This document shows, piece after piece, positions 9,884 through 19,509 of a DNA stretch of 54,409 bases (position 1 is its first letter; each line of letters starts with the position of its first letter). Under the pieces are notes generated by a model that was given only the letters and a program-made list of their open reading frames with translations, had not been told where the DNA came from and did no database searches. The stretch lies in the sequence record DRR723986_2294; one strand, 5' to 3'. The translations under genes and the position numbers were made by a program.

Positions 9884-10303
9884 TCAATTTACATGTTGCG
9901 AATAATAGGGACTATCCAGCGAGAAGGTTGGTATCTCAACAAAAAAATTGTCGCCGTCTTCATCCTGCATTTCATAGGACCCTTGCATGAAGCCGGTTGC
10001 AGTGGTCAGCGGCGTGCCGCTTGTATAGACAAAATGTTGGCCTGGGCCTATGATCGGCTGCTCGCCAATAACCCCTTCGCCTTGTACTTCCTGCACAGAA
10101 CCAGCCGCATCTGTAATAAGCCATTTACGGTTCAATAACTGAACGGTTGTCTCGCTTTCGTTAATAATTTTAATGCGATAAGCCCAAACAAATTGTGGTT
10201 CATTTGGGTCTGACTGTGCTTCTAGAAAGTATGACTGAACTGCAATACGTATGTTTGCGGTGACGGCTTCGAAGGTCATTACATCGTCAACTAGGTCTTC
10301 CAT
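9884..10303 (-). CDS. apaG: ApaG protein
   Basis: FVWAYRIKIIN, QLLNRKWLITD, GEGVIGEQP, YTSGTPL, GFMQGSY, FSLDSP. Confidence 0.96.
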   Translation of the reverse strand: MEDLVDDVMTFEAVTANIRIAVQSYFLEAQSDPNEPQFVWAYRIKIINESETTVQLLNRKWLITDAAGSVQEVQGEGVIGEQPIIGPGQHFVYTSGTPLTTATGFMQGSYEMQDEDGDNFFVEIPTFSLDSPYYSQHVN

Positions 10304-10307
10304 ATGC

Positions 10308-11516
10308 TTATGCCTCCGCTTTATCGAGCGCGGACAGAATGTCGGCTATCAGGTCTGCGGGATCTTCAAGCCCAATTGAAAGCCTCAAGAGACCGGGCGT
10401 AATGCCTAGTTCCAAGCGCTGGTCCTCTGAAAGAGCTTTGTGGGTTGTGCTCCACGGGTGGGTAGCGATAGAGCGTGAATCTCCCAAATTATTGGAAATG
10501 TCCACAATTTGAAGCGCATTCAGAAAACGAAAAGCTTGTTCCCGCCCGCCGGGCAGTTCGCATACAACCATGGTGCCACCACGGTCCATTTGAGCCAAAG
10601 CCAGGTCTCGCTGTTTAAAAGAACGCAGCACCGGATGGCGCACATCAGCTACTTTTTCGGCCATGGCAGCTGCAACCTTTTCTGCGCCGTCACACATGGC
10701 GTGAACGCGCAGCCCCATTGTCTCCAGGCCTTTTAGCATAACCCAGGCGTTAAACGGTGCCATCGCGCAGCCAGTATGCCGGTAGTAGGGGTACAGGTGG
10801 TCTTCATCAAATTTCTCGTCACAAAGCACGATGCCACCCAGACACCGGCCCTGCCCATCAATATGTTTGGTGGTGGAATAACAAACAATATCAGCACCAA
10901 GATCCATCGGCCTTTGCAAAACAGGCGTGGCGAAAACATTGTCCACAATCAATAGAGCACCGCTGTTGTGGGCAATATCTGCTACTGCCCGCAAGTCTAT
11001 AATTTCCAGCGTTGGATTTGCAGGAGATTCGAGGAAAAATACCTTGGTGTTGGGCTGAACTGCGGCCTTCCATGCGCTCAAGTCTTTGCCGTCAACCACG
11101 GTTGTCTCAATGCCGTAGCGGGGCAACAGTTCGTCCATTAACCAGCGGCAAGACCCAAAAAGTGCGCGCGCACCGACAACATGATCGCCTGCGCGCAGGC
11201 ACGATAGCAGGGACGCTGTCATAGCCGCCATACCCGTGCCTGTGGCACGACCAACTTCTGCGCCCTCAAGTATTGCCATACGCTGTTCAAACATGGCGAC
11301 AGTAGGGTTAGATTGGCGCGAATAGGTAAAGCCCTCTGCGCGGCCATCAAAGCGCGCTTCAGCTTCTTCAGCACTTTCATAGGTAAAGCCAGAGGTTAAA
11401 AACAAGGCTTCAGACATTTCATCGAAATCAGACCGCATAGAGCCTGCGCGCACCATTTGGGTTTGTTTGGCCCATTTTGAGGTGGTGGCTTTATCAATGC
11501 CTGCGCAGTGTTTCAC
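10308..11516 (-). CDS. metZ: O-succinylhomoserine sulfhydrylase (PLP trans-sulfuration family)
   Basis: YSRQSNPT, ESPANP, DNVFATP, YSTTKHIDGQGR, ISNNLGD, RLSIGLED. GTG start at 11516 follows a GGAGA RBS. Adjacent to apaG, as is usual in alphaproteobacteria. Confidence 0.93.
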   Translation of the reverse strand: MKHCAGIDKATTSKWAKQTQMVRAGSMRSDFDEMSEALFLTSGFTYESAEEAEARFDGRAEGFTYSRQSNPTVAMFEQRMAILEGAEVGRATGTGMAAMTASLLSCLRAGDHVVGARALFGSCRWLMDELLPRYGIETTVVDGKDLSAWKAAVQPNTKVFFLESPANPTLEIIDLRAVADIAHNSGALLIVDNVFATPVLQRPMDLGADIVCYSTTKHIDGQGRCLGGIVLCDEKFDEDHLYPYYRHTGCAMAPFNAWVMLKGLETMGLRVHAMCDGAEKVAAAMAEKVADVRHPVLRSFKQRDLALAQMDRGGTMVVCELPGGREQAFRFLNALQIVDISNNLGDSRSIATHPWSTTHKALSEDQRLELGITPGLLRLSIGLEDPADLIADILSALDKAEA

Positions 11517-11698
11517 GGTTTGTCTCCAACATATGAACTTGAAACATGGGTATACGAAAATTGAGGGCAATAAGACCTTTTTCTGAAATTAGGTTGACCC
11601 TAGTAACTGCGCGCGTCAAGCCTTGGCTTTCCTTCAAGTGTTTTTATTCACATTATCTTTTGGTGTTCGCTCTAAGTCGATGTAGGAATGGTGGGTCC

Positions 11699-11773
11699 GC
11701 GGGTGTAGCTCAGGGGTAGAGCACGAGCTTCCCAAGCTCGGTGTCGAGGGTTCGAATCCCTTCACCCGCTCCA
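11699..11773 (+). tRNA. tRNA-Gly (anticodon CCC)
   Basis: GCGGGTG/CACCCGC acceptor stem, anticodon arm CGAGC-TTCCCAA-GCTCG, GGTTCGAATCC T-loop, encoded CCA. Confidence 0.98.
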
Positions 11774-11796
11774 GTTAAACAACCATGGAAACACGT

Positions 11797-12141
11797 ATGT
11801 CTTTTGTTATTTGGCACAACCCCCGCTGCAGCAAATCTCGTCAAACGCTTGCCCTTCTGGAAGAAAAAGGGTTGAGCCCCGATATTCGTCTTTATCTGGA
11901 TAACGCCCCAACAACACAGGAAATCAGATCTGTGCTGGATATGCTCGGGCTTGATGACCCTCGCGCTTTGATGCGCAAAGGCGAAGCTGAATATAAGGAG
12001 CAAGGGCTGGCAGACAAATCAGGCGATGCCTTGATTGCGGCGATGGCGGCGACCCCAAAGTTGATTGAACGCCCGGTCGTTATTACTGGCGGCAAAGCTG
12101 CGCTTGGTCGTCCACCCGAGAGCGTTCTGGATATTTTGTAA
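11797..12141 (+). CDS. arsC: Arsenate reductase, glutaredoxin-dependent ArsC family
   Basis: HNPRCSKSR active-site loop, LMRKGE, LIERP, GRPPE. Alternative start at 11785. Confidence 0.92.
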   Translation: MSFVIWHNPRCSKSRQTLALLEEKGLSPDIRLYLDNAPTTQEIRSVLDMLGLDDPRALMRKGEAEYKEQGLADKSGDALIAAMAATPKLIERPVVITGGKAALGRPPESVLDIL

Positions 12142-12164
12142 GGCGTGATATTGGCTGGCAGTGC

Positions 12165-13514
12165 TTATGCCAGCTTTTTCAAAATTGCCGGATAGTAAAC
12201 CCATTGAGTTAGCCCCCTACAGGCGGAAAACACAATCACCGCAAGCCATAGGCCTTTTAGGCCCATAGCCGATGTTAGGGGGCTCAAAATCAACAGAAAA
12301 ACCAGAAATGACAGCAGCATTGTCACCATCATAGCGCGCGCTGCCGTTGCGCCGATGAAAATACCATCAAATTGATAACATGCTACCGATGCAAGCGGCA
12401 GCCAGACAATGACAGGCAGGGTCTCAAGCGCAACCCTTTGTACCGTTGCCACATTTGTTAGGCCCGTAATGATCGTACTGCCAAGCAAATAGAAAGCGAT
12501 GGAGTAGAGGCAGGCCGCAAGCAAAGCCCATAGGCTGGTCAGCTTCACCCAACGTTTAAACTTGGCGCGCGCGCCCTTGCCGTATGCAGCCCCGGCTAAC
12601 GCTTCAACTGCGTAGGCAAAAGCATCTAACCCCAAGCTGATCAGTAGCATAAACACGGTCATGATGTGGCTTGCAGCCAGCGCAGACTCGCTGATCAAGC
12701 CTGCTTCGCGGGTAACCAAACCAAGGGCTGTCATCAAAAACAATGTGCGCAGAAAAATGTACCCATTGGTTTGTGCCAACCCGGCAAAGCTTTTGATACG
12801 CCATAAGGCGGCATCAAGCAGTGCGCGGCGCAGCTTGGTAGCGCCAAAGTGCGAGATAAGCATGGCAATACCAACAATTGCCGCTGTCCATTCAGCAATG
12901 AGGGAGCCAAGGGCGATACCCTTAACCCCCAGCCCGAAACCAATGACAAACAGCAGGTTTAACCCGCCATTGGTAATGTTGAGCACCAGTTGCAGCACAA
13001 GCGCCGCCCGCGCCTTCGCTACACCGATAAGGTAACCACTGATACCGTATGTGAACAAAACCGCCGGTGCCGACCATATGCGGATATCGAAATAATCGGC
13101 GTAAAGTCTGGCCACACCGTCCGGCGGCGCAAGCGCTGCTATGCTGGCACTGAAGAGCAAATTTTGAAGGGCAATCAGGCAAACAGCAATCAGGCCGCCA
13201 AGAATTAGGGAGCGTAGAACAACCCTAAGCAGACCATTTGTGTCATCGCGGCCATGGGCCTGGGCCACCAGCCCTGTTGTGCTCATACGCATGAACCCAA
13301 AGGCCCAGAAAACATAGCTAAACACAGTTGCGCCGACACCGACAGCTGCCAAATATGCCGCCCCCGGCAGATGACCAATCGCCCATGTGTCAACCAGGCC
13401 AACAAGAGGCGCAGACGAATTTGCGATAATGGCCGGCCCGGCAATTGCCCAAATTTGCCTGTTTTCGCTTACTGTAGGGGGCGAATTACCGGCAGGCTGT
13501 GATGGGCTTTGCAA
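12165..13514 (-). CDS. MATE-family efflux transporter, DinF-like
   Basis: PLVGLVDTWAIGHL, FGFMRMSTTGLVAQAHG, FDGIFIGAT; about 12 hydrophobic segments. Confidence 0.93.
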   Translation of the reverse strand: MQSPSQPAGNSPPTVSENRQIWAIAGPAIIANSSAPLVGLVDTWAIGHLPGAAYLAAVGVGATVFSYVFWAFGFMRMSTTGLVAQAHGRDDTNGLLRVVLRSLILGGLIAVCLIALQNLLFSASIAALAPPDGVARLYADYFDIRIWSAPAVLFTYGISGYLIGVAKARAALVLQLVLNITNGGLNLLFVIGFGLGVKGIALGSLIAEWTAAIVGIAMLISHFGATKLRRALLDAALWRIKSFAGLAQTNGYIFLRTLFLMTALGLVTREAGLISESALAASHIMTVFMLLISLGLDAFAYAVEALAGAAYGKGARAKFKRWVKLTSLWALLAACLYSIAFYLLGSTIITGLTNVATVQRVALETLPVIVWLPLASVACYQFDGIFIGATAARAMMVTMLLSFLVFLLILSPLTSAMGLKGLWLAVIVFSACRGLTQWVYYPAILKKLA

Positions 13515-13523
13515 AACAGGTGC

Positions 13524-14831
13524 TTATTGGGGTCGGCCAATGCCGACATGTGTAAAGCCTTTTTCTTCCATGTCTGCTTGGCTGTAGATATTGCGCAAAT
13601 CAACCATCAATGGCGCGTTCATGAGTGATTTCACTTTGTCCATGTCAAGGGCGCGGAACTGGTTCCATTCAGTGATAATAACCAGTACATCAGCGCCGTC
13701 CATTGTGCCGTATGCATCGTCATGAAATTCTACGCCGGTTAGCATTTCGCGCGCTTCAGGCATGCCTTTAGGGTCGTATGCATGAATTTTGCCGCCAGCT
13801 TTTTGCAAGGCAGGGATAATATCAAGCGAGGGACTTTCGCGCATGTCGTCCGTGTTGGGTTTAAACGTCAGCCCTAAAACGGCAATGTGTTTGCCGTCTA
13901 TACTGCCGCCACATGCTTTAATCACACGCTCTGCCATCGCCAGCTTGCGCGACTCGTTTACATCTATAACAGAGCGAACAATTTGCATGGGGATGTTATA
14001 ATCATCAGCCGAATGCATTAAGGCGCGTGTATCTTTGGGGAAACAGCTGCCACCGAAGCCCGGCCCGGCGTGCAAAAACTTGCCGCCGATGCGCTTATCA
14101 AGCCCAATGCCCTTGGCCACAGCTTGTACGTCAGCCCCTACAACCTCGCACAGGTCTGCCATTTCGTTGATGAAGCTAATTTTGGTGGCCAAGAAGGCAT
14201 TAGCGGCATATTTGATAATTTCTGCCGTTTCACGGCCGGTGAACAATAGGGGTGATTCGTTTAAGTTAAGCGGCCTGTATAGCTCTTGCATAACAGCTTT
14301 TGCCCGCTCATCGTCAACGCCAACAACAACACGGTCTGGGCGCATAAAGTCTTCGATCGCTGCCCCTTCGCGTAAAAATTCTGGGTTTGATGCCACGCTG
14401 AATAGGTCATCACTAAGCTTAGCGGATAAGCGCTTTTTAATCTCAGCCCCGGTGCCAACCGGCACGGTGGATTTGGTAACTACAACGGTGAAGCTTTTTA
14501 TATAGTCGGCTAATTCTTCTACGGCGGCGAAAACATATTGCAGGTCTGCGTGACCGTCACCGCGGCGGCTGGGGGTGCCCACCGCAATAAACACGGCCTC
14601 CGCACCGTCCATGGCTTCGCCCAAATTGGTGGTGAAACTTAAAAGGCCGGAAGACTGGTTTCTGGCAACCATTGTATCAAGGCCGGGTTCAAAAATGGGG
14701 ATGATGCCATCTTTCAATGCATCAATTTTTTTTGCGTCTTTATCCACGCAAACAACCCGGTGGCCATATTCAGAAAAACAAGTGCCTGAAACCAAACCAA
14801 CATAACCCGTGCCTATTACCGCAATTTTCAT
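13524..14831 (-). CDS. ugd: UDP-glucose 6-dehydrogenase
   Basis: GTGYVG Rossmann motif, KSTVPVG, NPEFLREG, KYAANAFLA, GFGGSCFPKD, FKPNTDDMRES. Confidence 0.96.
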   Translation of the reverse strand: MKIAVIGTGYVGLVSGTCFSEYGHRVVCVDKDAKKIDALKDGIIPIFEPGLDTMVARNQSSGLLSFTTNLGEAMDGAEAVFIAVGTPSRRGDGHADLQYVFAAVEELADYIKSFTVVVTKSTVPVGTGAEIKKRLSAKLSDDLFSVASNPEFLREGAAIEDFMRPDRVVVGVDDERAKAVMQELYRPLNLNESPLLFTGRETAEIIKYAANAFLATKISFINEMADLCEVVGADVQAVAKGIGLDKRIGGKFLHAGPGFGGSCFPKDTRALMHSADDYNIPMQIVRSVIDVNESRKLAMAERVIKACGGSIDGKHIAVLGLTFKPNTDDMRESPSLDIIPALQKAGGKIHAYDPKGMPEAREMLTGVEFHDDAYGTMDGADVLVIITEWNQFRALDMDKVKSLMNAPLMVDLRNIYSQADMEEKGFTHVGIGRPQ

Positions 14832-14990
14832 CGCTTAACCCTTTTTAAAAGCGCCTCTCCCCATAGAGGTCTAATTTTAATCTGATTGATATAGTTACCG
14901 CGCATTTGTGATAAACCAGACTTGATGATGGAAGATACAAAAAAGCGCGCCCAATAGCGGCCTGCTTCTTAGCATATAAGTTTTATTGTG

Positions 14991-15016
14991 CGAAGGGTTG
15001 CTGCACAAGTACCGTA
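14991..15016 (+). promoter_or_regulatory. Candidate ECF-type autoregulatory promoter (CGAAGG-N16-CGTA)
   Basis: CGAAGG GTTGCTGCACAAGTAC CGTA, 49 nt before the ECF sigma start. The -10 CGTA and 16-nt spacer are typical of ECF promoters. Confidence 0.45.
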
Positions 15017-15065
15017 TCAGAGTAAGCACAGCGAATAATAATGAGCTCAAAAGGTTACAAAGCGA

Positions 15066-15641
15066 GTGCAGGATAGCCGAGACGAAATTAGTGATGAGGC
15101 CCTTGTCGAGCAAGTGTGTGCCGGTAATCAGCGGGCTTTTGCTTGCCTTGCGGAGCGCCACGGTGGCCGGTTTCGCGCTATTGCCGTGCGCACGTGCGGG
15201 GACCAAGCGATGGCAGAAGAAATGGTGCAGGAAGCTTTTGTAAAATTATGGACGCGCCCGGACTTGTTTGATGGCAGCAAGGCCAAGTTTACCACCTGGT
15301 TCCATCGGGTTGTGGTCAACCGATGCCTTGATGAGCTGCGCCGTAAAAGGCCAGAGCGATTGCCAGAGGGTTTTGATGCTGCAGATGATCGGCCCAGTGC
15401 TGAGGTGCTGATTGGCCTAGAGAGCAGTTCAAAACAGTTATACGGCGCGCTTGCAAGGCTATCTGAGCGTCAGCGAAATGCGCTAACGCTGAGTTACCTG
15501 GATGGATACTCGAACAATGAGGCCGCAGACATTATGGCGTTAAATATTAAAGCATATGAAAGCCTGCTTGTGCGCGCTCGGGCGAAAATGCGTGACGCGC
15601 TGCTAATGGAAAAGCCTGACTTATTGGCAACTTTTGCGTGA
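15066..15641 (+). CDS. ECF RNA polymerase sigma factor
   Basis: SDEALV, AEEMVQEAFVKLW, FTTWFHRVVVNRCLDELRR (region 2); LSERQRNALTL...SNNEAADIM...ESLLVRAR (region 4). Confidence 0.95.
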   Translation: MQDSRDEISDEALVEQVCAGNQRAFACLAERHGGRFRAIAVRTCGDQAMAEEMVQEAFVKLWTRPDLFDGSKAKFTTWFHRVVVNRCLDELRRKRPERLPEGFDAADDRPSAEVLIGLESSSKQLYGALARLSERQRNALTLSYLDGYSNNEAADIMALNIKAYESLLVRARAKMRDALLMEKPDLLATFA

Positions 15642-15647
15642 GGATAA

Positions 15648-16175
15648 GTGATGGAAAATAGTGAACAGAAAATGACATCAGATGAGTTTGAACGAGCTGT
15701 TGTTGCGCATGGGGTTGATACGGCCTTGTGGCCTAAAGACCTGCAACAAGCAGCAAAAAAGTTCAGCGCCACAGAGGAAGGGAAGCACGTTCATGATAAG
15801 GCGAGAAAGCTTGATAGGTATATGACCTACGCGAAAGCAGAACTGCGTGGCCTCCATAATGAAGCGAACAGGGATGCCGCTGTATTCTTGGCAAACCTCA
15901 AGACAATCCCCGGCCAGTTTGAGCAGCAGCATATTACACCCTTTACGGTTGATGGTAGCGGCTGGACAATAGGCAGATTGATCGAAAGGTTGCTTGAGCC
16001 AGCCCGGCTTTGGTCCCCAGCAGGGCTTGTCTCACAGGGTGCGCTTGCTTCTGTTTTATTGTTTGGCGGTGTCATGGTTGGCGCGAGTGCAGCCGGGGGC
16101 GAAGCCTATGAGGACTATGACATCAGTGCAGGTCTGTTTGATGTCAGTGAACAGGAGTACGTCATCGATGGTTGA
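15648..16175 (+). CDS. Putative membrane-anchored anti-sigma factor
   Basis: Starts 6 nt after the ECF sigma gene. N-terminal EFERAVVAHGVDTALWP motif, one TM segment (ALASVLLFGGVMVGA), short acidic tail. Confidence 0.65.
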   Translation: MMENSEQKMTSDEFERAVVAHGVDTALWPKDLQQAAKKFSATEEGKHVHDKARKLDRYMTYAKAELRGLHNEANRDAAVFLANLKTIPGQFEQQHITPFTVDGSGWTIGRLIERLLEPARLWSPAGLVSQGALASVLLFGGVMVGASAAGGEAYEDYDISAGLFDVSEQEYVIDG

Positions 16176-16216
16176 TGTGTGTGATTGCTTCAATAGGCTT
16201 GGGAAGGGTGAGACCC

Positions 16217-16774
16217 ATGAGTAAAACAACAAAATGGATCATTGTTGGGCTTGTGTTGTCGTTGGCGGCTAACGTGTTTCTCGTCGGTTTCACCATTGGT
16301 AAACGTGTGTTTGGCCCTGAAAGTGGCCGCGTGGGAGGCCCGCCGCCTGAAGCTGGTCTTAATATGCGTGCGCTCGGGCAGTATTTGTCGACAGATGACA
16401 AAGAGGCTGCGCAAAGGTTGCTGGGCGAAAACAGGCGTTTGCTGCGTGAAAAAGCCGCGCAGATGAGGCAAAACCAGCGCCAAACCCTGAAATTATTGAC
16501 AGAGGAAACCATAGACCGAGACGCGTTAAACCGACTATTAGACCAGCACGACACACTTGTATCTGAAACCCATCAGCGTACCCGTCGGCTCGTTTTGGAG
16601 TTTATCGCAACACTTGATGTTGAAACCCGCCGCAGCTTGGCAAAGGACTTGTTTAAAAAACGTCGTGGCCCACCACCATATGGTGGCAGAATGGATCGTA
16701 GGCACAGAGGAGGCGAGAGAGAAAGAGGCGATGATGGCGCTTTTGATCGGCCACCACCACCAGGTGGTTTATAG
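16217..16774 (+). CDS. Periplasmic heavy-metal sensor / CnrX-CpxP-like helical protein
   Basis: N-terminal anchor WIIVGLVLSLAANVFLVG, coiled helical core, Pro/Gly/Arg-rich tail. Third gene of the ECF operon. Confidence 0.75.
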   Translation: MSKTTKWIIVGLVLSLAANVFLVGFTIGKRVFGPESGRVGGPPPEAGLNMRALGQYLSTDDKEAAQRLLGENRRLLREKAAQMRQNQRQTLKLLTEETIDRDALNRLLDQHDTLVSETHQRTRRLVLEFIATLDVETRRSLAKDLFKKRRGPPPYGGRMDRRHRGGERERGDDGAFDRPPPPGGL

Positions 16775-16781
16775 CGGCGTT

Positions 16782-17861
16782 TTATAGTTGTACGTCAGCG
16801 CCGACTGCATCACCGACCGACGTGTAACCGTCTTTCTCTAACGCACGCACAAGACCCCTTTTAACACGCTCCACAAGCCCTGGGCCTTCATAAACCAGTG
16901 CAGAATAAAGCTGCACCAAAGAGGCACCAGCGCGAATTTTCGTATAGGCATCTGCCGCCGATGATATGCCGCCAACACCGATAAGTGGTTTTTGCCCGCC
17001 TGTGGCCATATAAATGCGCTTTAACATTTCAGTTGAGGGCTCAAAAAGGGGCTTGCCAGAAAGGCCTCCAGTTTCGTGTTTATCGGCAGAACGCAAGCTT
17101 TCGGGCCGCTCAATGGTTGTATTGCTAACGATTAGGCCGTCGATATCACTTGAAATAGCGATTTCGGCAATATCTTCAATATCCTTGTCCTGCAAATCTG
17201 GCGCGATTTTGACCAAGATTGGTGTTCTCGCCGCGCCGTCTTTTTGTTTGGCGGTGCGCACAGCTAAAACCTGACCGATAAGGTCTTCCAATGCTGCTTT
17301 TGACTGCAATGCCCGCAGGCCCGGCGTGTTTGGGCTGGAAATATTGACGGTAAAATAATCACAAAGGCCATATAGGCGGTTAATGCAGGTAACATAATCT
17401 GCGGTCCGGTCGTCTGAGGTTTTGTTAGCTCCTACATTGGCACCGACGATAGCGTTGACGCGGGGCATGCATTTTTTGTTCAGGTTTTCTCTAAAGTTTT
17501 CCAGTCCTTTGCTGTTGAAGCCAAACCGGTTGATCACTGCGCTGTCTCTGTTTAGGCGAAACAATCTTGGTTTTTCATTGCCGGGTTGAGGCTGCGGTGT
17601 AACGGTGCCTGCTTCAATAAAGCCAAAGCCCATTTTTTCTGCGCCCAATATTGTTTCGGCGTCCTTGTCAAAACCAGCCGCCAAGCCAACCGGGTTATCA
17701 AAACTCAGGCCTAATACCTGCGTTTTTAAAATTTTGTAATGCCGGGCGCGCTGGGCAGTACCCGTAATGCCGCGTGATAGAAGCGATATGGTCAGGCCGT
17801 GGGCGCGCTCAGGGTCCATGGAGTGGATGAAAGGCCTTGCAAAGGGAAAGAGATCAATCAT
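16782..17861 (-). CDS. pyrD: Quinone-dependent dihydroorotate dehydrogenase (class 2)
   Basis: NPVGLAAGFDKD, INRFGFNS, NISSPNTPGLR, KIAPDL, GGLSGKPL, GASLVQLYS. Confidence 0.97.
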   Translation of the reverse strand: MIDLFPFARPFIHSMDPERAHGLTISLLSRGITGTAQRARHYKILKTQVLGLSFDNPVGLAAGFDKDAETILGAEKMGFGFIEAGTVTPQPQPGNEKPRLFRLNRDSAVINRFGFNSKGLENFRENLNKKCMPRVNAIVGANVGANKTSDDRTADYVTCINRLYGLCDYFTVNISSPNTPGLRALQSKAALEDLIGQVLAVRTAKQKDGAARTPILVKIAPDLQDKDIEDIAEIAISSDIDGLIVSNTTIERPESLRSADKHETGGLSGKPLFEPSTEMLKRIYMATGGQKPLIGVGGISSAADAYTKIRAGASLVQLYSALVYEGPGLVERVKRGLVRALEKDGYTSVGDAVGADVQL

Positions 17862-18219
17862 GACTTAAGGCCCATTCTTGAATTGTCGTTATATCGAACA
17901 TATCAGTCTGACTTTTTGTGCATACCCAGGTTTTGATCGTTTTTTGCATGTTAAGCGGTTCGTACAGATGCGGAAACAATTGTCCGCCGCGCGATGTTTC
18001 CCATTTTAGGGATTGTGGCCAATTCGTCGCTGAAAAAGCGCATATACGAACAGTGGTTTCTTTTGCAAAATGCTTGTCCGCTGTTTCCTGAAGCTGGGCA
18101 AGGGTTGAGAAATGAATATACCCGTCAGATAGGTCGACAGGCGCGCCCCTGAAGGCAACATTGTCATGGTGCGCTGACCATTCATCGCTGCGAAGTATTT
18201 TGAAAACCCAATCATCCAT
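17854..18219 (-). CDS. DUF952 domain protein
   Basis: GAPVDLSDGYIHFST, LKWETSRGGQLFPHLY; overlaps the pyrD start. Confidence 0.92.
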   Translation of the reverse strand: MDDWVFKILRSDEWSAHHDNVAFRGAPVDLSDGYIHFSTLAQLQETADKHFAKETTVRICAFSATNWPQSLKWETSRGGQLFPHLYEPLNMQKTIKTWVCTKSQTDMFDITTIQEWALSHD

Positions 18220-18403
18220 GACTGATCAATAAGCGCCCCTGCAGGCGCACGCAAGAATGATTGGAAAAAAAGGCTCTGTTTGGCGCCTTTGCTTCCGTCT
18301 GGTTTAATAAAAGGTTAGTTAAACCTTGTTTTATTGTGCTGGGTTCACGACATATAAGGCTATGTTTACTCTGAAACGCCTTAATGGATTGGCAGGAGAA
18401 TAG

Positions 18404-19432
18404 GTGGTGGCAAAGGAAATATGGCTTTGGATAAAAGAGAAGTTTTTCGCTCTCTTCATGGCTATCGGTGCGGGTATAAATAAGCTTTGGCGTTTTTTTG
18501 CTGGCTGGCTGCAAACCGTTTCGGGCAGCACGTGGCGCAAAGTAGCCGTTGGCCTACCGTTTGCGTTTTTTTTGTATATTTTACTGGGCATGCCGATTGC
18601 AAATCGTATCGAAGATGACCTTTCGGTTGAGGCTGTTTCTCCGCCCGGTGGTTCTGCAACGGTTGCTGCGGTATCCTACCTTGTGCGACGAGAAGCAGAG
18701 CAAAACAACTGGACGCCTAATGACCCTTTCGTACTGCCGGGCTGGTGGCTGGACAATACGCCGAACTTCCAAAAAGGCATTATGGGTGCCCTGTCGCGCT
18801 TTTCCTTTGAACTGCGGGACCAGTTGGGTCGCCGCCGCGGATCAAGCTCTATCGATACCAATCTGGAGAAAGCGGCCAGCAATCTCTCAATAGAGCCGGA
18901 GCGCTGGATTATTGATTTTTCAGCCAGCTGGCTCCCAACACGCCCCTCTGATCAATATTACCGCGAGGCATTGGGACAATTGGACACATATAATGTTTTG
19001 CTCGGAACCAACGAGGCAGTTTTTGATCGCAGGTCAGACAACTTGCTTGCTACGTTAGACCGCATTGCTCTTGATTTAGGGGCATCATCGGCGTCTCTGG
19101 ATACGTATATCGGGGATAACTCTGGTGGTTTTTTGCCTGATGTTGGCGCAGACGACTTGTTTTATCAGGTGAAAGGCCAAGTATACGCCTACACAGTGTT
19201 GCTTAAAGCAATTCGTACCGATTTCGCTGACGTGATTCAGGATCGGGAAATTGCGGCCTTATATGACGATTTGCTGCGTTCCATGAACACCGCCGCTGCG
19301 CTTGACCCGTGGGTGGTCGGAAACGGCGCTATTGATGGCATGTTGATACCGAATCATTTGTCTATGCAGGGGTTCTTTCTATTGCGTGCCCGCACGCAAC
19401 TTCGAGAAGTGAGTAATATTTTGCTTAAATAA
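18404..19432 (+). CDS. DUF2333-family membrane-anchored protein
   Basis: N-terminal TM; WTPNDP, LDNTPNFQKG, GRRRGSSSID, RSDNL, RIALDLGASS, DDLFYQVKGQ, PNHL motifs. Confidence 0.85.
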   Translation: MVAKEIWLWIKEKFFALFMAIGAGINKLWRFFAGWLQTVSGSTWRKVAVGLPFAFFLYILLGMPIANRIEDDLSVEAVSPPGGSATVAAVSYLVRREAEQNNWTPNDPFVLPGWWLDNTPNFQKGIMGALSRFSFELRDQLGRRRGSSSIDTNLEKAASNLSIEPERWIIDFSASWLPTRPSDQYYREALGQLDTYNVLLGTNEAVFDRRSDNLLATLDRIALDLGASSASLDTYIGDNSGGFLPDVGADDLFYQVKGQVYAYTVLLKAIRTDFADVIQDREIAALYDDLLRSMNTAAALDPWVVGNGAIDGMLIPNHLSMQGFFLLRARTQLREVSNILLK

Positions 19433-19509
19433 TCGCATTTGGTAGTTACAATCCGGGCTTGCCACAGAACTGATTGGCTGTCACTTTAGGGGCTAAGGGG
19501 ACGTTTTTC

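Noticed and set aside
11517-11698. Possible SAM riboswitch in the metZ leader
   Set aside because: I could not find SAM-II or SAM-SAH conserved elements by eye. An Rfam scan would settle it.
18304-18318. CtrA-like TTAA-N7-TTAG between the DUF952 and DUF2333 genes
   Set aside because: One mismatch in an AT-rich spacer; too weak without conservation data.
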